DNA of 64,000 nucleotides from Tubulanus polymorphus (lineage: Eukaryota; Animalia; Nemertea). The position numbers and the translations under genes were made by a program. Positions 14,584 through 25,400 of this stretch are shown here, piece by piece (position 1 is the stretch's first letter; each line of letters opens with the position of its first letter). The stretch spans positions 5,704,001 through 5,768,000 of the forward strand of contig NC_134028.1 in NCBI RefSeq assembly GCF_964204645.1. The letters are read 5' to 3'. A model generated the notes under the pieces. It saw only the letters and a list, made by a program, of their open reading frames with translations, searched no databases and was not told the DNA's origin.

Positions 14584-16072
14584 TTACACCAATGATTTGA
14601 ATATATCCAGATCCTCGTTGTATGATTTGTAAAATTCGCCAGCCAGATAGTAAAACGGTGCCTCGACTTCCTGCATTTCTTTCTAAAAATACAAATATAT
14701 GCCTTTGTTATTTCATGGAATCGAACTTTGAAATTTGGCACTGTTTTGAAGACTTACCGATGAGACTTCGAAATATTCCAAACCGTTATTCATAGCAAAC
14801 TCTTTTCCCTGTTTCGGTGAGATGACTCTCCTTTGATCCAGATCAATTTTATTCGCGACTAAAGCTCCTAGGCAGGAAAGACAACGACGGTTAAGATAGA
14901 ATTTTAAGACTTTTTGAAATCCGATGAAAGGATTTGATGCGTTACCGGATATTTTACAGTCTGGAGATGGAGCCATCTTGCGCACTCTTTCTAGCCATTT
15001 GCTGCAGCTTGAAAACGATGTTTCATTCGTGACATCGTAAACCAACATCACCAAACTAGGATGATCCCACTGTAACACATTGAAAATATCGTTTACAAGC
15101 TTTACTGATTCAGTAATATAGGCCTACCAAATTTGTCATTTCAAAAACGATATTCTAGTGATCCTAACGAACACAGAATCCAATGAAAATGGGGACCGAT
15201 CTAAGGGATAAAAGCCACAGATAAAAGCTATGAGATACCCCTATATAAATGCGCTATAGTAACTGATGACCAACTTGCCCTAATGAGAAAATATTTGACA
15301 CGGGCAATCGGACTAGTGCTTAGATCGACCCCCGTGGAAAGGTTTTGATCAACTAGGCTGATTACAAGCTGATTACCGGTAACTGTTTAGGTTTACTTAC
15401 ATATTTTTGAACGAGTTCTGAAAAAACTTCTTTTCCCGCTGAATCGTACATGAACAGCTCCTAAAAGTATAAAATATGTTTCTATGATACAAGTTATACT
15501 TTAAAAATTATGCTCCTGAATCATCGAATTGATAATTACCACACAATCCTGAGTCTCGGGAATATTCACTGATTTTACGCATAATTCACAACCAGTCGTC
15601 TGAAATCATTTTCAAGCGAATTACGAATTTAGTTATTAATCCATTCAGGCGATACAGTATGTAGGATAGCAACCTACGGAATAATCTTGCGACTTACCAT
15701 CGTGTAATTTTTTGGGAAGTGCGAACCATCGCTATGAAAAACCTGCGCCAAGGCGCTTTTACCCACAGTTGAATCACCTGTTAAGAAAATAGATTCAGTA
15801 CATTTCAATATTTCTTACACAAGTCAAGTGCGTACTCGGGTAGGCCCTGTAAAGAAGGGTTCTAGTTCAAAGTTATTCGAATCACAGAAGAAAGAAGGAA
15901 GATAGAAGAACCATCTACTAAGTTCCAATTCAATAAAAATGTCTTTTCGTAGTTAGTTAGTATAGTAGATCGAGGAGGATACATCTGTACTGTAGCGTAG
16001 GCTAATTAACTGCTATCTTATTTATTAGTTTTTACCGGTCACAATCAATTTAGCTCTTAACACCGTCGGCAT
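14584..16072 (-). CDS. IFT27: Intraflagellar transport protein 27 (Rab-like 4 small GTPase), 7 exons
   Basis: Exons 16072-16036, 15777-15698, 15599-15540, 15460-15401, 15069-14946, 14867-14758, 14682-14584. Protein [42 protein letters not shown]...DSAGKE...VANKIDL...EVSS; no C-terminal prenylation Cys, as expected for IFT27. Confidence 0.95.
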
Positions 16073-16140
16073 CTTGAAAGGTAAACAAATCCAGAGTTTA
16101 GAAAGAATATGACAGTTTTAAGGACGCAGGGAAAGCTCGA

Positions 16141-16148
16141 TGACGTCA
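16141..16148. promoter_or_regulatory. Full CRE palindrome ~70 bp upstream of the IFT27 ATG
   Basis: TGACGTCA; motif match only. Confidence 0.4.
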
Positions 16149-16184
16149 TTCAGGAATTCCCGTGAATTTGGGGGCAGCACCATA

Positions 16185-16562
16185 CGGTCCCCTAGCGGAA
16201 TTTCTGTGAACTAATAGGGCTAGACTGGCACTTCAGTGGCAACCATCAGTAAATAAGTGGAGAATCTAATAAAAGTGGAAATAGCAATCTAATAAAAGTG
16301 GAAATAGTAATCTAATAAAAGTGGAAATAGCAATCTAATAAAAGTGGAAATATATAGTACTCTAATAAACGTGGAAATAGTAATCTAATAAAAGTGCAAA
16401 ATATTAATCTTATTAAAGTGGAAATAGCAATCTAATAAAAGTGGAAATGGCTATAGGCTAGTTGGGTTATAGAATTTGATTTTCGAGAACATTTTGGTCA
16501 ATCAAGCGCACGTTCTAGCCCGCAGTATTACATTAGTTCGCAGAAATTCTGCTAGGAGACCG
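16185..16562. mobile_element. MITE with ~31-bp TIRs and TA target duplication (Tc1/mariner-like)
   Basis: Left TA|CGGTCCCCTAGCGGAATTTCTGTGAACTAAT; the right end reverse-complements to TA|CGGTCTCCTAGCAGAATTTCTGCGAACTAAT (3 mismatches). Confidence 0.85.
16263..16451 (+). repeat. Minisatellite, 8 copies of ~23 bp AATCTAATAAAAGTGGAAATAGC
   Basis: Directly visible tandem units with few substitutions and no spacers. Confidence 0.95.
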
Positions 16563-17378
16563 TACGTTTTTAGTTAGATAAAATAAGAATGTTCTTTCAG
16601 CACTTCCATATATTGGTGCCATGCCTCTAGGTGTCAGTAGCGGCTGGTACAAATTTGCAGACGATGCTTTTGATGCTGAAAATTAATTGTTTCGTTGATT
16701 AATTGTCATTTTCATCCCGTTCCTGGTAAATATAGGCCTAATCACGGTTGGAACAGGCCAGATGGATCAATTCAGATATATTCTTAATAAATCTTATTCA
16801 AAAAATGCAAAAACTAAAGAAGAAACTAAAATAACAGACAATAAATAGACACGAATTGACTTATGCCATGTCTGCGCCCAGGGCCAGGGCCCAGGGGCTG
16901 GACAGTCTTGTGCCTCCCACTGGAGCCAGCCCCAGTTTCCTGGAACCCTGTCTGGAATACTGACCAATACCACCCGAAAATTAATTTTTTTAAACTTATT
17001 TTCCTGTGCGTAACGTAGTAAGCCAAAGGCCTACGTCGTCAGGGCTAAATTTAGGTTTCACAAAAAACTTTAAACTCTTTTTGGTATAATTGCCATTATT
17101 GGTTACTTCATGTTTTAAATGAGGACGAAAATTCAAACTTAACCGTTTTAGGCTTAAACAATTTCGTGAAAATGGGCCCAGGCCTAATTGATTATCTCAA
17201 ATCCATAGGGCCTAATGAGGCCGAGGGCGATTTAATGAAGAAGTCACAGGGGTCTAACTTCCTAACTCTTGAACTCACGTTTTATATGATATTCATTTTG
17301 ATATTTAATAGAATTAATTCCTTTAATTTCTCTTTATCTCGTATGGTATCAGTTTTGAAGAGGGTTGTGCACCTGAAA

Positions 17379-20133
17379 ATGGCTGAAGTAGAAGACCAAG
17401 TCGTTGAGCAACAGATTTCTGCTGAAGATGACGATGTAAATGGAACTGTAGAAAAATTACAAAAAACATTTAGCCTCCTAGATAATTTATTATGATATCA
17501 ATTAAGAGATGATCAACAAAAGAAAGGAACAGAAATTGTTGGGTTCTCACAGGGTTTAGTTTAGAACTATTGAACTAACTTCAGAATACAAGATTTCATG
17601 ATTCTTTTTTTTGTTGTTTTTTAGGAATCTTTCTTTCAAGACATCGACCTATTACAGAACCATGGAATTGTAAGCAGAAAACCTAATAATAATCCAAAGT
17701 GTATAAATCATGTAGTTTAGAGGATAACGTTTTAATCCCCCGATCTTATTTTCAGAACGTTGCTGACATAAAGAAATTGAAGCAATCGGGAATATGCACA
17801 ATCAAGGTCATAATTTTCATTTAAAAAGAATAAAAAATCGAAAAATGATCCATCAATATCTCAATGAGTTGAGAAGATTATGAACCTTAATAAAGAATTT
17901 TACCCAAAAAAATCGAAAAATGATTTGCTAATCATCAGTAGGAGAGGATTCATAAATCTGTAGCCCTTGCATTTTATACCTGCAGGGAGTTCAAATGACA
18001 ACAAGGAAGAAAATGTGTAATATAAAAGGCATATCTGAGGCAAAGATGGAGAAAATCAAAGAAGCGTCGAATAAACTAAGTGTAAGAATCGATCGATCTC
18101 AGTGATCTGTTCTATAAATAAGTGAATTAAAAATACATCAAACTTTTCAGGATCCCGGATTTCTGACAGCGCTGGATTATTCAGAGAAAAGGAAGCTTTG
18201 TTTCAGAATATCAACTGGTAGTCAGGAATTAGAGTGAGAACGGGGGTTCGAGAATTATACCTACCCAGCTTCTTTCATTCAGTGTCTTGTAAAAAGAAAT
18301 CTATTTCTTATTTCAGTAAGCTGTTGGGTGGCGGCATTGAAAGTATGGCCATTACGGAAGCTTTCGGCGAATTCAGAACTGGAAAAACGCAGATTTCCCA
18401 CACATTATGCGGTAATAGGTCGAGAATGTTTATTCCAAATTGTGAAGAGTGGATATTTAGAATTTCTTCATGTTTCATGTTATCTCACAGTGACTACTCA
18501 GATGCCTGGAGCTAATGGTTACACGGGTGGAAAGGTTGTTCTTATCGATACGGAAAATACATTGTATCCTTTATACTGTTTAATTAAATGGCTTCGAATT
18601 TTGAAGCTTTATGTGCGAACCTCGTGAACCCTGGCATCCCATTTTATCGTTCCTTAATCAGAGTTACGATGAAGTCGACCGGACAGGTTGAGGGATATCG
18701 CTGATCGGTTTAATCTGGATCAGAATGCTGTATTAGATAATGTTTTATACGCCAGGGCATATACCAGTAAGACATGATAGTTCTTCATAAAACATATTCC
18801 TAGATATTTAGCTACGCTTTCAACCATTTGAATTCATTTTTACCTAGGTGAACATCAGTATGAATTGTTGGATTATGTGGCCGCTAAATTCCACGAGGAA
18901 TTGGGAGTTTTCAAATTACTCGTAAGTTCGAAATTCGGAGGGTCAGAATCCGGCCCTTCTTTCAGAAGTTGATAGTCGTCAGTTGTTCAGAAACATGACC
19001 ATGAATCAGTATTTCTTTCTGATATTTACAGATAGTGGATTCGATTATGGCTTTATTTAGAGTTGATTACAGCGGGCGAGGAGAGTTAGCCGATCGTCAA
19101 CAAAAACTCGCTCAAATGTTATCCAGATTACAGAAAATATCAGAAGGTATTAGGGGCCTTGTTTTAAAGCTCCTCGTTGGATATGGAGTTAAAACCTTAG
19201 AAAATATCTACAAAAATTCTATTCATTCAATATTTCTTAGAGTACAATGTGGCGGTTTTCATCACAAACCAAATGACTTCGGATCCAGGCGCCACGATGT
19301 CGTAAGTTCACTTTATTCTTTAGATATTTGGGGCCAGTTGTTTAGTTTTAAGACAAGTCTAAGACCATCTTAACTAAACTATCACCTTAAGACTAGTCTA
19401 AGATTTAAGACTGCATTTGGACTTGAGAAGTCACGACTGTGCAACGATGTGGTGCTCGTTGCTTGGCGTCTCCAGCTACCGCACTCGGGCAACTCCCGAG
19501 CGATCGCCGAGCAATTTCTCGGCGACAAGCAATTTTCCGTCGCCCAATATCAAACATGTTTGATATTGGTCGACACGGAGCAATTCTTTTCGACAACGAG
19601 CAATCGCTGTCGCCCCTTGCCGCAGACGAGCGATTTTTTGGTTCAACGCCAAGCAATTCGGGCGGTTGCTCGAGAATTGCTCGAAACTGTCGCCCGTGTG
19701 CGCCAGGCTTAAGATCCATGGTCCAATGTTAGTAATGCTGTCTCTTCCTCTGTTGTAGATTTCAGGCGGATCCCAAGAAACCGATTGGAGGTCACATTCT
19801 CGCACACGCATCGACTACGCGAATCTCACTGAGAAAGGGAAGAGGTGAACTGAGAATCGCTAAAATATATGACAGGTAAATAAATCATCATTCAAAAGCT
19901 GGAAATTTAGGCAACTTCAGAATTTTTATCTGATTGTACAAGGATTTGGTTTCAATAGACAAATAACTGTATTATTTTCGATGCTGTTTTAACAGTTTTG
20001 AAAATGTCTCATTACTGTCGTAATTCTTTCTTCATATTTCTTTTGTTTATCTGTTGATTTCAGTCCGGATTTGCCAGAAAACGAAGCTACATACGCAATA
20101 ACTGCCGGAGGTATCGCAGATGGAAAAGAGTAG
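17379..20133 (+). CDS. DMC1: Meiotic recombinase DMC1 (RecA/Rad51 family), 13 coding exons
   Basis: [43 protein letters not shown] (Walker A), [61 protein letters not shown]; these are DMC1-type rather than RAD51-type residues. TAG at 20131-20133. Confidence 0.97.
18564..18674 (+). other. U12-type (minor spliceosome) GT-AG intron in DMC1
   Basis: 5' site GTATCCTTT (18564-18572), branch site TTCCTTAAT (18650-18658), no pyrimidine tract, AG at 18673-18674; its removal restores [16 protein letters not shown]. Confidence 0.9.
19329..19713. mobile_element. Compound MITE insertion in a DMC1 intron: family A copy abutting a GC-rich palindromic element
   Basis: GGGGCCAGTTG...GACTGTGCAAC (~19329-19446), then an element with a perfect 26-bp central palindrome at 19544-19569, GAGCAATT repeats and terminus GTGTGCGCCAGGCTTAA; related pieces at ~24950-25110 and ~36040-36118. 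Confidence 0.75.
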
Positions 20134-22437
20134 AATAGAAAATCAATAGATTCATAACTAATTAGGCAGCTGGCGATTTAAGTGCAATAGACAGCGTTGA
20201 ACTGCTGATCCTTCAAACCCCGACTTTGTTATTCTATTGTTTTGAATGTTGATCAAGCTTTTTATTGATTGTGCAAGAAAAATGTCTGTGTGTTAAATGA
20301 CTTTTTTATTTCTATTAATAAGTTAAGCTTTGTTTATCCTCAATATTTGTTGCTCCATTGGTTTTCGCTCAGTAGTCCTTCTACTTGCCGCCGTATAAAC
20401 TAGATTATGAAAACGGATCAAATAATTCCGGATTAGGAAGTTCTACTGTGTAAAATTTCAAACCACAATTTACTCAGGACATTTTGTCTTAGTCTTATAA
20501 CGTGGAATGTCCAGGGAAAACTCGGGGAATTTGTTCACGGAGTCCTGGCAGTGTGGCTTTCTCCACAGTGATCCTTTTTGCTGTACAATCTGTGGTACAT
20601 CAGACACTTAGGTTCTTGGTGAAGGAATTTGTGAATGGACAAAAAGTGGCCACCCTGTTGGAACCTTATCGAGATGTACTACGAACGTCAGTGCAATTCC
20701 TCTTGCGGTGTTTTGGATGTCTTCGTTACGACGATATCCTACGAGAGACATTAAAGTCTCAACTACAGTTTCATTTGAAATTGACAAAAATATTATATTA
20801 CCAAAAGCTGGTTACAAAATTCTATAATACAGTGCAAAATTTACAACGATATCAATGTTTGGCACAGTAGTGTTCGCTTGTTGTTTTTCAGGGGTTCGCC
20901 GTGTACCTCCCCATACACTTAACATAGGTACTAATTCTAGTGAAACGTCCCTGAAATCGCTCACTACAAACTGCACATTTGCATTTCACAAGCAAAAAAT
21001 CATTGGATTTAAATGATGAACTAAGAAGCGACAATAAATTTGATATTGGATACCGTTAAAATCCTACTTTAAATCAGGGGAGTCGGATTTAACCACCTAA
21101 ATTCAATGTTCTACTTGTACAAACATTTCTGAGGAAGTAATCGATTGAAAATGAAAGAAACATACACAAACCCAACAGTTTAAAAGATAGAAAATTTTCC
21201 CATTTCTAATTTATGATGAGTATTCGATACTTACTTCATGTAGGTTTAGTAAATAAATGCATTTATATATCGATATTGAAACTAGCTATTCAATAAACGC
21301 TGCTTGCAAAATATCAGAAGTTGAAATAATTATGCCGGATATGTTTACAGAAAACTGTTGGTTTCTCAATATATTGCACACTAGATAACCTACTCCGTCC
21401 AGCTCATTCCTAAAGTTCCATAGTGTAACAATAACTAAATTAACATTAATTGAGTACGGAGTTCATTACAAATTTAGTCGTACACATCTATACGTATGAT
21501 CAAATCCTGATCTCTTAGTTTTCACATGTTGATTGTTCTATATTCAACCTAACTAGTTTAAGATCTAAGCCGAATTCTGAACTTGAACTCTTGACTAACC
21601 AGACCGAAAACCCAGTTGTTCATTGAAATTTTCCATTAAACAAATGATTTCCACAAAACACAAGTTCTGCTTATGGCACAATTGATGTCGAAAACATCTA
21701 TCTCTGTTTTTAGTCATAACTTATAATAATATAATAGCATATTCCAGGTAATAAGGTTTTAATTTCGCATTTAAGAACAACATAAATATCAAAATAAATA
21801 AACATAACATGAAAATAAATACGAGCAGCTTGAAGCAACATAGACAAAATCTACTACGTGAAACAATAGATACAAGGGTAGATAAATAGGGGACCATTCA
21901 TTTTTTAAATACCCATTGTTCGTAACGGGTAGAAAATTCTCGTTTACGCAATAAATGGATGATCCCCGGTGAACAATATATCAGCTTTTTGATGTTAGAT
22001 TCATTATATAAGCAGTTACGATAAGCGACTAAACGGGAATATGAAATCATCGAATACATAAATTCCTTATATAATCTCAAGAGAAATAATGTCATCTGTG
22101 ATCCAGTCATATTACCGGATTAACACAATACTTTTTTACCAATAAACTCATCGCCACCGTACCAGTCGGTAGACCTCTAACTCACCAACCGAATAAAATA
22201 GAATCTACTGCCACTATTAAACTGAAATAAACATTTCTAAGATTCCCATATTTTTGTTTTCCCCAGTACTGCGCTATCCCTGATTGTATCGAATATATAC
22301 AGATTATACAAAATAGCCCACCCGTATTCAACTGTATTGTATAGTCGACACGTACATGCGAAACCATGATACACGTACATGTGACCTAAAATTGACATGT
22401 TTGTTCTCTCACGTTTCGTCCTCCAACTTTTCGCGAT

Positions 22438-25400
22438 CTACCAGTTTTTCACTTTTCCGTGCACCCTGAATCTATAGATACAAGTATATTCCTCATTTCC
22501 GTGATTACTGTGAATTTGAAGCTCAACAAGCGGGTACGCGTCAACATTTGGTTCCTAAAATTGAAAAGTTGAAAAACGCCATCTTCATCAATGAAAAGGA
22601 CCGGCGAATCGGAGAATTTTCAGTCTTCAAACGACTAATACATACCAGGACGGGGAATGTTTGTATTTGGGGTCCGTTTTCATTGTACGTATAATTGCCC
22701 AATATTTTACCATTTGGATCATATTCATTCATCAAACCCTGAAAATAAAACAGATGCAAACATATAGACCCTTACAAAAATCACCTTATGACATCATCAA
22801 AACTGCATTATTCAGAATTTATTTCTACCATTCTGAATAATATTGAACCCTTAAAATTATTCTAATTCTATGCAGCTGGGGAACTGGGATATGATTAAGA
22901 ACTGACTCCGAAAAAACAGTCATATTGCATTGTCCGATCTAAGCACTTGTCCGATTGCCCGGACAAGTATATTCTCATCAGGGCAAGTAGGTTATCATTA
23001 TCACTTGTCCCCCGGGCTGGTGCAATTTTAAATCACAAAGCTTTTTTCTCACTCGATACAATGGATGATAATCGGACTGCCTGTGTAGGGCAAGTAGCTT
23101 TTGGAGGGGGCAAGCGAAATTTCAGATATGCTTGCCCCCCGGGCAAGTGGCTTTCATTCCTTAGATCGAACCCTGATATTGAATATAATAAATGGAATGT
23201 GACTATCTGGCAAATAAGTGAAATCAAGGGAGGCAGACGTTATACCTGGAACTGGATCTACCAATAAAGAATGAACTTACGATAACGGAAAAGACTTTCG
23301 GAGCGCTGTCGATTTTACCGGATGGCGAGATCGATTTCGGGATATGTTCCATCGTAAACGCTGTCGGACGGATTACGGCCGACAGTTTGATGACGAGAAA
23401 TCCGTGCGTACCAGCAAACGCCCAACACTGTCCCGGATTCACATCGGGCTAAAAATCACCAAAAAGATCGGATATGAAATTCCTACAACTTGAATGAATC
23501 CGAGGGTTTGAACACCAAAGAGACTTTCTGAAATCTAAGAATACTCTGTGCGCTTTTAGGTAACTTCTTTTGAAAAACCGTGGAAATATTCTGAATAACC
23601 ATTGCATAATATTCTACTAAACACAGTCCACAGAGTTAAGACCGTAGACTGTGTGACCCGGGAACTCGGCCAGGCCTGTTTATTACCTACCTGTATAGCC
23701 GTTCTCGGCGAGTTATTCGTGTACCACAAAGGCAATCCGAACAATTCTATCAGAGCGGTTCTAGCGTTATACGTCTCTGAACAGCGAGTACTTATTATAC
23801 TACCACCTTGAATATAGAACAAATTGAATAAATGATAATTTACGGTAAATTCAAAAGTTATATCACAAGAGCAGTGAATTCAGTACCGGATGATTCCAGC
23901 GCGTAGTCGACCATTCCAGTTTTATCAGCCATGAATACGTTGAGAGCCTCCTGCACTATTTGCTTCACATGCTGAAAGCGAACAAGATATTCGCTGATTG
24001 TTAATTTCTCTAGCTGAAGTTTTTTTTTTAATCTTAAAATAGGGATTGTCCCTGTTATTTATTTGGTTGGTAAATTTCATTTGATTTTTTGATTGGTCCC
24101 TACCAGACCCACCACACCTGCCGGGAGCGAAACAGGGGGTTTGATTTCGAAATCGGAAATCGAAGTACAGATTCGCTGATTGTTTAAGTGTGGCTACTGA
24201 ATAATGCCCGGGAAGGATTGACTGTGCGTAAATACCCCATGACCCTTCTTCAGTCCAAATGTAATCTAGAAACAGGGTGGTCACTTTTATTCGCTTTTTT
24301 CCTACTATTCCGATTTATGCACTTCGTTTTTCATGATTATATCTGCAACGAATCCAATCAATTAACACAGTCGAATACATAAAACAGATAGAAACTGTTT
24401 GAGATTATACACGTAATATAACTACTGCCCTGACTTGTCCCTGATTTTTTAGCTTTTTTCAAAAATTCTCCGACTATTCCTTGATTTCCAGGTAAGTGGC
24501 CCCCCTAACGAGTCTTAAACCGGTTTGTCACTAGTGTTGAGCTGATCAATGCTCTTAAATCAAAGCCTTCACTTAACAACTTTAAATTTTCGATATTCAA
24601 CAACTAAATTAGTTTCATTTTAATCGCGAGTAAGATATATCCACCTGTTCAGACATGGTGATGTTCGACGTAGGTGTAACGAACACAGTATTCGATTGGT
24701 GATGGTGACTTTTCTCCGTCTTCTCCAGAATGTCCTTCGTGATCGACGCGGCGAGCGCATTCAGATCGCCTCGACTGACGAAATGAGTTTCCAGCCACGA
24801 GCCGAGGTTTATTAGACCGGCTCCGGCGCTATCGCCACCGTGACCTCCACCGGAATCATCTCGTGATCCTGTCGAACCAAATCCGCCTCCCATATCACTT
24901 GAAAACAACTGAAAATTGAGATAATAATCAAACTTATGCAAATTATCACTTAGCCCAACAACGCACACGGCGCAGAGAAACACGGAAACAGGAGACAGAA
25001 ACATGTTGCAGAACGTTTCCATGTATTGTGTGTGCATTTATGAAAAACCTGAAACAATGCTTCTGAGATCAAACATGTTTGATTCTGTGTTTCCCTGCAT
25101 TAGGCTTTAGGCACCTGAATGAAGCTTAAAGACCATAAATTCAGACAATCTTCCATTTTCTCTTTCATACCAGTATATAAATATTTGAAAAGCCTGTACA
25201 TACAATTGGGCATTTTCTCTAAAATATATCAATACTCAAGAAGGCCGTTCATGGGGCAATCAAGAATTTGCAGAACTCCTATATGGACCTAGATGGCATT
25301 TTTCCTAATTGTAGGAAATGCTGTACTTACTGATGCTAGAGATTTGGTGACATGATTCTGAATGAAGGCGATCAGTTCCGCGTCTGTTTTACAACAGTTT

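Noticed and set aside
16080-16260. RFX X-box expected for a ciliary gene
   Set aside because: Only a GGCAAC half-site inside the MITE; no convincing full palindrome.
16263-16451. CRISPR-like regularly repeated array
   Set aside because: Units are directly adjacent with no unique spacers, there are no cas genes and the context is eukaryotic; it is a minisatellite.
19405-19811. Four overlapping 87-111 aa ORFs on both strands
   Set aside because: By-product of a GC-rich palindromic repeat inside a DMC1 intron.
20870-20955. Minus-strand VHGEP resembling an alternative SUN last exon
   Set aside because: An in-frame stop lies just upstream and the rest of the SUN motif is missing; probably chance.
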